IMG/VR virus record: IMGVR_UViG_3300027672_001796
DNA length: 64,000 bases
Direction: 5' to 3' (one strand)
Source: a virus
Lineage: Duplodnaviria > Caudoviricetes
A program made the position numbers and the translations under genes. Positions 57,101 to 64,000 of this stretch are shown here, piece by piece (position 1 is the first letter of the stretch; the number at the start of each line of letters is the position of its first letter). The notes under the pieces were generated by a model, which was not told the DNA's origin, ran no database searches, and saw nothing but the letters and a program-made list of their open reading frames with translations.

Positions 57101-57568
57101 ATGACATCTCGTTATTCCCAAGGGCTATACACGCCTCAGAATCCAGAAAAATACATAGGACCTAAAAAGCCTTTTGCACGAAGTAGTTGGGAAACTGCTT
57201 TTATGAGATTTTGTGATGGACATCCTAACATATTAAAATGGGCAAGTGAGAATGTAAAAATTCCTTACAGACATCCTTTAACAGGAAAGATAACAAACTA
57301 TGTACCCGACTTTATGGTACAGTATCAAGACAAGAACGGAAAAACATTAGTAGAACTTATAGAAATTAAACCTAAAAGCCAAACAGTAATTGAAAATGCT
57401 AAAGGTAGGGGCGATAAAATGGCAACTATAGTAAATGCCGCCAAGTGGACAGCCGCACAGCAATGGTCAGAAGCAAAAGGTATACGATTTAAAGTAATAA
57501 CAGAAGATCAGATATTTAGAAACAATTCTAAGAAAAGAACAAAACCAAGAAAAACAAAACGTAAATGA
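57101..57568 (+). CDS. gp4: head completion nuclease (T4 gp4-like, TnsA-N fold)
   Basis: QG.Y.P.NPEKY.G, RSSWE..FM.FCD, WASE...IPY, Y.PDF, EIKP, N.AKW.AA. Confidence 0.92.
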   Translation: MTSRYSQGLYTPQNPEKYIGPKKPFARSSWETAFMRFCDGHPNILKWASENVKIPYRHPLTGKITNYVPDFMVQYQDKNGKTLVELIEIKPKSQTVIENAKGRGDKMATIVNAAKWTAAQQWSEAKGIRFKVITEDQIFRNNSKKRTKPRKTKRK

Positions 57569-58158
57569 TACAAAGCAAATATCTTAGTGAAGTATTGGAT
57601 TGCAATCACAATACTCCGAAACATTTTTCTCATCAATACGGACAATTCAAGCCATTTTTTATAAAAAACAAACTTTTTTGTTTTATAAATATACCAAAAT
57701 GTGCCTCACAAGACACTGAACATGCTATTGCAGAACATCCAGAAGTTAAACTATTTGATACCCAAGCCGAGGTCTCTACCTTAGAGAGAATTATTTTTCA
57801 CACTGGCACTACCCCTTCGGCAATCAATGGCCGAGACCAATTTTTTACACCTAAGCATATTCAACAAGCAACATGGTTTTGTAATACACGTGATATAAAT
57901 CAAAGATTAGCATCAGGATATGATCCTAGTTGGTTAAATTTTGCACAAAGAACTAATAGACAAATTTTACCATTACATGAATTATTAAAAGTACCCACAG
58001 AGTGGGACGAACATATTCAACCACAAGAATCCTTTTTACAAATTTTTAATGATTCGCATATACAATATACAAAATTAAAAATAGACAGTACAAACCCGCA
58101 ACAATTAAGTAATTCGTTATCAAATTTTTTAGATATAGATATAAAAGTAGGTAAATAG
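57565..58158 (+). CDS. sulfotransferase-like protein (Sulfotransfer_2 type)
   Basis: FINIPKCAS (5'-phosphosulfate loop), RDINQRLAS (3'-phosphate motif), HIQPQ. Confidence 0.6.
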   Translation: MIQSKYLSEVLDCNHNTPKHFSHQYGQFKPFFIKNKLFCFINIPKCASQDTEHAIAEHPEVKLFDTQAEVSTLERIIFHTGTTPSAINGRDQFFTPKHIQQATWFCNTRDINQRLASGYDPSWLNFAQRTNRQILPLHELLKVPTEWDEHIQPQESFLQIFNDSHIQYTKLKIDSTNPQQLSNSLSNFLDIDIKVGK

Positions 58159-58162
58159 TGTT

Positions 58163-58681
58163 ATGACAAAGAAACTAGAAGAAGAATTTAACTTACCACC
58201 AATTGTAGACACCTACGAATCAATACCAGAGTCTGTACCCCAAAAAGAAATAAATGACAAGCAAGTAACAGAATTTGAGACTATTGATGTGGAAGATATT
58301 CAAACAGCATTAACTACCGCAGAAAAAATTGATAACGCTCTACAGAATGTAAAGGGTCTTGAAGAGCATGATTTAGAAATGGATAGCATTGCTCAACAGG
58401 CAGTTGACAGTTACACGCAGTTAATGAACTTGGGTATGAATGTTGGAGATAGAGAAGCTGGCAGTATATTTGATAGTGCCGCAAAAATGTTAAAGACTGC
58501 CTTAGAAGCAAAAGACAGCAAAGTTAATTCAAAACTAAAACAAATTGATATGATGATTAAGAAAGCAAGACTTGATAGTAATGCTGGTAATTATGATGAT
58601 GGATCACCGGCGACCGCTGTAATGGATCGTAACGAACTGTTGAAAATAATTAATACTAAGGTAGATGACGTTACTGACTAG
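58163..58681 (+). CDS. putative terminase small subunit (gp16-like)
   Basis: MTKKLEEEFNLPP, LMNLGMNV, A..ML..AL.AK..K...KLK.ID, DRNELLK; located upstream of the large terminase. Confidence 0.6.
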   Translation: MTKKLEEEFNLPPIVDTYESIPESVPQKEINDKQVTEFETIDVEDIQTALTTAEKIDNALQNVKGLEEHDLEMDSIAQQAVDSYTQLMNLGMNVGDREAGSIFDSAAKMLKTALEAKDSKVNSKLKQIDMMIKKARLDSNAGNYDDGSPATAVMDRNELLKIINTKVDDVTD

Positions 58682-58784
58682 GAATAGTCCATTCACCATC
58701 TTTAAAAACTACTACAGTTCCATCGTTCGCCAATGAATATTCGCCGTCAGTTGGATTTTGAGGTTCTTTAACTTTAATGGTCAT
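58671..58784 (-). CDS. 37-aa microprotein (not in ORF track)
   Basis: MTIKVKEPQNPTDGEYSLANDGTVVVFKDGEWTIPSQ*; ATG lies exactly 5 nt after TATAAATA (58797-58790). Confidence 0.6.
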   Translation of the reverse strand: MTIKVKEPQNPTDGEYSLANDGTVVVFKDGEWTIPSQ

Positions 58785-58844
58785 GCTTATATTTATAAAA
58801 AATTGATAAATATGATAAATAAGTGTAACAGGAGTTTATAATAA

Positions 58845-59546
58845 ATGAAAAACTTAAAAGAACTAATTAACGAATCTTTTAGCAAAGAGTACGGCTATAG
58901 AATTAAGTTAGCGAGAGATTGTAGCCCAGATGACCTATCTAAGCTGGAAGGCGTCCTTGCAAAGTATAACTTAGTTAGTGCTACTCCTTGGAAAAGATTA
59001 CCAATTCAAGAAAATCCAATGGAATTTCAAAGACTAAAAGGTGTAAACGTTACATCAGAAGTATGTAGTACAGATGTTGTACTTAAATACCCAGTCAATC
59101 AAAGAATACTAGAAGTATTAATTTGTGTTGAAATGAATATGGATCACGACCATGTATTATGTTACGGTGTTAACGATCCAAGAAAAGTAGAATCAGAACA
59201 GGCAGAGCAAAGACTTGCTGATGACCTAGACAGAAGTGTTGAGACTCCAGAAGCACAACTAGAAGAAGTTGATTCAACTGAAGAACAAGAACATTACACT
59301 GCACAGAACGAAGATTTAGACTTAGCCGTATTTGGTGAAGAGTATAACAGCAAGTTCTTAGCAGAGTTAGAAAGAATTAAAGCAGAGAAAGGTGCAGATT
59401 ACTTTAAGAATTACCCAACAAAAGATGAACTAATGGGCGACAACTTAAGAGCAATGCACGATTCCATAACTGGATTAGCACATGGCGGACTAGCACCTGA
59501 ATCTAAGGTAGCTGACGTTATATCACAAAGCTCGAGAAGAAACTAA
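58845..59546 (+). CDS. hypothetical virion-module protein
   Basis: 233 aa; tandem GATAAATA at 58805 and 58814; SD AGGAG; Y.YRIK.A, PIQENP..F. Confidence 0.75.
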   Translation: MKNLKELINESFSKEYGYRIKLARDCSPDDLSKLEGVLAKYNLVSATPWKRLPIQENPMEFQRLKGVNVTSEVCSTDVVLKYPVNQRILEVLICVEMNMDHDHVLCYGVNDPRKVESEQAEQRLADDLDRSVETPEAQLEEVDSTEEQEHYTAQNEDLDLAVFGEEYNSKFLAELERIKAEKGADYFKNYPTKDELMGDNLRAMHDSITGLAHGGLAPESKVADVISQSSRRN

Positions 59547-59547
59547 A

Positions 59548-60105
59548 ATGATAAATGACCACGACCTAAACAAAAGATTAATGGAACTGTTTGCAGAAAC
59601 AGAAGAAGTAAACGAAGAACCTAAGAATTGTGGGTGTGGTAAAAGAGTATGTGAAACAACAGGTTTTGTTGACGAAACAATTGAAGAAGAAGGCGCCGAA
59701 GCAGTACAAGAAGAACCAATTGTTATAGAACCAGAAACAGACGAAGCACCATGTGGAATGGAACCAGAACTTGAACTTGCTCCAGAACAAACTGGTGGCT
59801 CAGTTACATTTAGACAAGAAAAGAACACTGATAAAGGTTCAGTAAGTATAGAAGCAAGTGCTGATGATATGCAAGAACTAGCAAAAGTATTAAAACTTGC
59901 AGGAATAACACTTCCGCAAGACATAAACCCAGAACAACCAGAACAACCAGAAGCAGAAGTTGAAGTAGATGCTGATGACGGCAGTCACCCAACTATGGAC
60001 TTTCCACAAACAGACGTTAATCCTAATATGTCCACAGACAAAGCAGTATTAACTAGCGTTATTAGAGATAAACTTAGAGATTATCTTAAAAACAGCCGTT
60101 CCTAG
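59548..60105 (+). CDS. acidic hypothetical protein
   Basis: 185 aa, Glu/Pro-rich, with a CGCG motif. Confidence 0.7.
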   Translation: MINDHDLNKRLMELFAETEEVNEEPKNCGCGKRVCETTGFVDETIEEEGAEAVQEEPIVIEPETDEAPCGMEPELELAPEQTGGSVTFRQEKNTDKGSVSIEASADDMQELAKVLKLAGITLPQDINPEQPEQPEAEVEVDADDGSHPTMDFPQTDVNPNMSTDKAVLTSVIRDKLRDYLKNSRS

Positions 60106-60140
60106 TAAACAATCCCTCAAAACTCACATAAATACTTACT

Positions 60141-61736
60141 ATGCCTAAAGGAACAGTAAATACCGAGCTGGTTAAACCAGCCTATCAGAAGATACAATAT
60201 GATCAAGACATGCTTAGAGAGTTTCAGGCGTGTTGTGACCCGGTTGACGGGGCATTGTACTTCATGGAAAACTTTGTTAAGATCCAACATCCTACTAAAG
60301 GCGGCATTGACTTTGTTCCCTTTGATTATCAGAAAGACTTAATATCAAACTACAACGAATTTAGATATAGTATTAACATGCTGGGCAGACAGATGGGTAA
60401 AACTACTGTTGCGGCGGCATACTTGTTATGGTTTGCTATGTTTAAGCCAGACAGTACAATACTTGTAGCGGCTCATAAAGCGGCTGGCTCACAAGAAATT
60501 ATGCAACGTATTAGATATGCATACGAAATGATTCCAGATCATATCAGAGCAGGCGTTTCAGAATATAATAAGACTAGTTTAACATTTGACAACGGATCAC
60601 GTATAGTAAGTAGTACAACTACTGAAAACACTGGACGTGGTATGTCGTTAACATTAGTTTACTTGGATGAGTTTGCGTTTGTACCCCCACGTATCGCCGC
60701 AGAATTTTGGACAGCGTTGTCTCCTACATTAAGTACAGGCGGCAAGTGTATTATGACCTCAACACCTAACAGTGATGAAGACACCTTCGCTAGTATTTGG
60801 AACCAAGCAACTAAAACTGTCGACGAGTACGGTAATCCAAGTGTTGTCGGTGTTAACGGATTTAAAGGTTACATGGCAAAGTGGAATCAACATCCGGATA
60901 GAACGGCAGAGTGGGCAGATGAAGAACGTAGTAGAATTGGTGAAGAGAGATTTAGACGAGAACATGAATGTGAATTCATTATTTACAATGAAACACTTAT
61001 AGATCCTTTAAAACTTGCCACTATGACAGCCATAGATGCCCTATACAAGATGGGGCAAGTACGTTGGTATAAGAGGCCCAGTACAGATAAGATGTATGTA
61101 GTGAGTTTAGACCCAAGTGCAGGCACCGGTGGAGATAATGCCGCAATACAAGTAATAGAACTACCCAGTATGAATCAAGTTGCAGAATGGTGCCATAATA
61201 AAACTCCTATTGAGGGGCAAGTTAGGACTATGATGGAAATTCTAGAAGAAATACAAAACTATGGTGCTAAAGAAATTTATTGGACGGTTGAGAATAACAG
61301 TATCGGTGAAGCGGCACTAGTTGTAATCAGAGATACCGGTGAAGAAGCGTTTCCAGGAACGTTCTTACATGATCCTGTTAAAGTACAAGGACGTAAAGGA
61401 CGTAAAGGATTCCATACTAGTAGTAAAACAAAAATAGAAGGCTGTATTCAAATTAAGCGATACATAGAACAAGATAAGTTAGGTATATGTAGTAAAGCAT
61501 TAATTGGAGAGCTAAAAACATTTGTAGCAAGAGGCAATAGCTTTGCCGGGCAACCAGGTGAGAGTGATGATTTGGTTATGGCTATGGTTGTTGCTTGTAG
61601 AATGGTTTCATATATTGCTACATTTGAAGATGATGTTTTTTCAGTAGTAAATTCTACAATCGGAATAGAAAAATCAGATAGAGATACTGGCCCGTATGAC
61701 GAATATGACGAGCCTATGCCAATCGGATTCTTGTAA
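60141..61736 (+). CDS. gp17: terminase large subunit (T4 gp17-like)
   Basis: Walker A GRQMGKTT, TGRG, Walker B YLDEFAF, TSTPN, RFRREHEC.F, nuclease DPSAG.GGD, DDLVMA. Confidence 0.97.
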   Translation: MPKGTVNTELVKPAYQKIQYDQDMLREFQACCDPVDGALYFMENFVKIQHPTKGGIDFVPFDYQKDLISNYNEFRYSINMLGRQMGKTTVAAAYLLWFAMFKPDSTILVAAHKAAGSQEIMQRIRYAYEMIPDHIRAGVSEYNKTSLTFDNGSRIVSSTTTENTGRGMSLTLVYLDEFAFVPPRIAAEFWTALSPTLSTGGKCIMTSTPNSDEDTFASIWNQATKTVDEYGNPSVVGVNGFKGYMAKWNQHPDRTAEWADEERSRIGEERFRREHECEFIIYNETLIDPLKLATMTAIDALYKMGQVRWYKRPSTDKMYVVSLDPSAGTGGDNAAIQVIELPSMNQVAEWCHNKTPIEGQVRTMMEILEEIQNYGAKEIYWTVENNSIGEAALVVIRDTGEEAFPGTFLHDPVKVQGRKGRKGFHTSSKTKIEGCIQIKRYIEQDKLGICSKALIGELKTFVARGNSFAGQPGESDDLVMAMVVACRMVSYIATFEDDVFSVVNSTIGIEKSDRDTGPYDEYDEPMPIGFL

Positions 61737-62512
61737 TGTCCACGGAACTACTGTTGTGTGTTGGTCCAGCCCGAACAGGCACCACATGGCTTTGGGAAAA
61801 CTTAAAAAATAACTATAACTCGTACGATTTAAAAGAAACATACATATGGTGTGAAAAACCATTCCCCGATTTTCCATTACTATATAAAGGCAAGCCTTTT
61901 GAAAAATCATTAAGTGAATACTACACTACTATAGAACAATCTGAAAAACCTTGGATGGACTTTTCGTTGGGGTGGTATCAACCACAGCGAAGTATAAGTG
62001 TAATTAAAGAATTAGACGAACGTTTTGATTTAACTGTTTATTTATGGATTAGAGATCCATACGAAACTTGGATTAGTACGATTAATCATACTAGTTGGTG
62101 GACACATGCCAAGACCCAAATGGGTAATGTATTTGATAGAGAAGCAGAATACTTTAATACACCAGAAGGTGTTGATATACTTAAACGTAAAGTACAGCAA
62201 CATGCAACTAGAAAAATAGAAACACCTGATAAATTAATGTATGCACAGAACAAATACAGTGATATAATACCAAGTTGGGAAGACACTGGTGTTAACTTAG
62301 TACTACTAGACTTTAACAAAATAGGTGATTCAGAGTACTTTAATCGTAAATTAGGAATAGATCATGCATGGGATCATGAAACACGATACTCTATGGAAAG
62401 AAATGTTATAGTTACAGATGAAACAATAGATCCTGGTGTTAGAGACATGATTAAAGAAATTTATAAAAACGATTATCAATACTTAAACTCGATAAAAGAT
62501 AAATACAAGTAG
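61736..62512 (+). CDS. sulfotransferase-like P-loop protein
   Basis: CVGPARTGTTWLW and IRDPYETWIS motifs; TAATG-coupled to terminase. Confidence 0.7.
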   Translation: MSTELLLCVGPARTGTTWLWENLKNNYNSYDLKETYIWCEKPFPDFPLLYKGKPFEKSLSEYYTTIEQSEKPWMDFSLGWYQPQRSISVIKELDERFDLTVYLWIRDPYETWISTINHTSWWTHAKTQMGNVFDREAEYFNTPEGVDILKRKVQQHATRKIETPDKLMYAQNKYSDIIPSWEDTGVNLVLLDFNKIGDSEYFNRKLGIDHAWDHETRYSMERNVIVTDETIDPGVRDMIKEIYKNDYQYLNSIKDKYK

Positions 62513-62524
62513 GAGATATATTAA

Positions 62525-63808
62525 ATGGCGATTTCAGTTAAAACAGTAGCAGACAAAGTATTCAACTTATTAAAAGGATATGGTTTTGCTGTTGACACTT
62601 ACGATAAAGAAGGCGTTACAGTAGGCGATCCTGCAGATGCAGTACGTTTTTACGTTGAAGATCCAGACTTACTAGTTACACTTAATGTACCTCAAGAAGA
62701 AATTAAGTTTAGTGTTAGTGCAAATACAGAAGAAACTGACATTTTACGAAAGCAACTAAAACAGTTAGCCCAAAGTTACTTAATGAATTTAGACTTCAGA
62801 GTATTTGGGAAAACACTTAAACCAATAAGCGATGCAATAAGTGTTGCAAAAGCATCCAAAGAGACAGGTATGGAATCAGTAACAGAAGCAAATTTAGGAC
62901 CGGTTAGCGGTTCAGTGAAAACTAGTTATCAACCACTAGACAACGTTAAGATTATTGTTAAGCACAGTAAAGACGTTAATGAAGAAGTACGTGGTTCGAG
63001 AAGCAGAAACATTAATAAGATTTTTATCCAAGCGAACGAAGAACGTCATTTGTTCCCAAGTAAAAACTTACATGGTGCAAGAGCAATGGCTAGGCATATA
63101 CACAATGGTGGTACAATGCACGATACAGTCGCTGAAAGCATTATTGGAATGTGTAAAGACTTTGGCTCTATTAAAGAGTTTGTTGGCTATGTTACAAAGA
63201 AAGGGTTGGTTAACGAAACCAATGGCGAGTATGTCTCACTTGCTAAAGAACATATTGAAAACATTAGAACTACATTTAAGAAACTTAGCGGTGTAAAAAC
63301 TTATGCAAATGCTGTTGAAAGTTTAGCAGAATTTAATAACGTTGAAATAGTTAATGAAGTAAACTTAGAAGACCACTTCACTGAAACACATTTTGACGAA
63401 AAAGTAGGAAATGCACATCACACATTAAGCAGATTAGTTAATAAGCAGTCCGCTTTTGAAAGTTACATAATGGATACTATCCAAACAGAATCATTTAAGA
63501 ATGCTAAAACACTTATGCAAGAAAGTGAAGTAATGCAGTTTGATACACCTAATGCACAATTAGGATATAGAGTATCACAACTAGGGCAATCTGCAAGTAG
63601 CGAGAAGTTAGGCGGATATTTAAATGGTATAGGTAGCAAGTTATCTGGAGGAGGCAATATGTCTCAGTTTGAATACAGAGCAGTTAAGGCATCATTGCTT
63701 TCAGCACAGAATTCAACACCAGTTATGGCAGAAAGTACAGACGATTTAGGCAAATATGAATCCTTCCTAGACACGTTTACTAATACTGATAAGCCTTTTG
63801 CTCAATAA
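62525..63808 (+). CDS. hypothetical protein preceding the SSB gene
   Basis: 427 aa; late promoter at 62498-62505; SD AGGAG; RSRNI..IFI, L.GARAMARH motifs. Confidence 0.75.
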   Translation: MAISVKTVADKVFNLLKGYGFAVDTYDKEGVTVGDPADAVRFYVEDPDLLVTLNVPQEEIKFSVSANTEETDILRKQLKQLAQSYLMNLDFRVFGKTLKPISDAISVAKASKETGMESVTEANLGPVSGSVKTSYQPLDNVKIIVKHSKDVNEEVRGSRSRNINKIFIQANEERHLFPSKNLHGARAMARHIHNGGTMHDTVAESIIGMCKDFGSIKEFVGYVTKKGLVNETNGEYVSLAKEHIENIRTTFKKLSGVKTYANAVESLAEFNNVEIVNEVNLEDHFTETHFDEKVGNAHHTLSRLVNKQSAFESYIMDTIQTESFKNAKTLMQESEVMQFDTPNAQLGYRVSQLGQSASSEKLGGYLNGIGSKLSGGGNMSQFEYRAVKASLLSAQNSTPVMAESTDDLGKYESFLDTFTNTDKPFAQ

Positions 63809-63886
63809 AAACCTGGTTTAAAGTGCCGTAAGGCATAAATACTATTACAATAAAGACAACGATTGCTATCACGTGATAGAAAAAGG

Positions 63887-63915
63887 TTGACAACATGGCA
63901 AAGATATATTATAAT
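63887..63915 (+). promoter_or_regulatory. sigma70-type promoter, in tandem with late promoter CATAAATA at 63834-63841
   Basis: TTGACA-17 nt-TATAAT. Confidence 0.85.
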
Positions 63916-63976
63916 AACCCAAGTTAGGACACAAACACAGAAGTCCTGACACACATGGCACATATGGAGAAATAAC

Positions 63977-64000
63977 ATGGCATCTTTACAAGAAATAAGG
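63977..64000 (+). CDS. 5' end of a gene, probably single-stranded DNA-binding protein (gp32-like)
   Basis: SD GGAG, then MASLQEIR, truncated by the window edge; identity inferred from the N-terminus and dual promoters only. Confidence 0.45.

Noticed and set aside
60141-61736. Intein or intron in terminase, sheath or capsid genes
   Set aside because: The frames are continuous, and no intein splice motifs or homing-endonuclease motifs were seen; the terminase is of ordinary length.
63866-63879. Similarity of the palindrome to tetO
   Set aside because: The central spacing differs (CG versus a single base) and there are no tet genes; treated as a generic palindrome.
1-64000. Stop-codon reassignment (both frameshift genes end in TAG)
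   Set aside because: Long core genes are uninterrupted in the standard code, TAG ends gp21, gp22 and gp14 just before the next gene's start, and no suppressor tRNA is seen. In-frame readthrough at the two sites meets another TAG within 11 and 18 codons.

Overview
AT-rich segment of a large T4-related (jumbo-type) myophage genome in the standard genetic code. The host is probably a diderm aquatic bacterium (inferred from the outer-membrane proteins encoded). It carries most of the morphogenesis module: gp26/51-like tail chaperone, tape measure, portal, prohead core, protease, scaffold, major capsid, two long fibre proteins, neck gp13/14/15, sheath, tube, gp4, both terminase subunits and the start of a gp32-like SSB. 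There are three tRNAs and many T4-type late promoters (xATAAATA). Accessory content: (i) a 13.5-kb envelope island at 22.6-36.1 kb with a translationally coupled curli-like operon (csgF, csgG, two curlins, a secreted FecR-domain protein), a lipoprotein with a hidden GGGAAAG -1 frameshift extension, an Asn/Thr-repeat secreted protein, a NIDO-like acidic secreted protein, a membrane coiled coil and a CHASE2 adenylate cyclase; (ii) an FG-GAP protein with an autotransporter-like barrel; (iii) an fpr / B12 radical SAM / fabZ cluster; (iv) modifying enzymes interleaved among structural genes. Reading beyond the ORF track reveals two -1 frameshift sites, nine probably leaderless late genes, an 11-bp-periodic GTTACA array, unlisted microproteins and a candidate structured RNA. 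All family assignments are from motif recognition by eye, not database searches.
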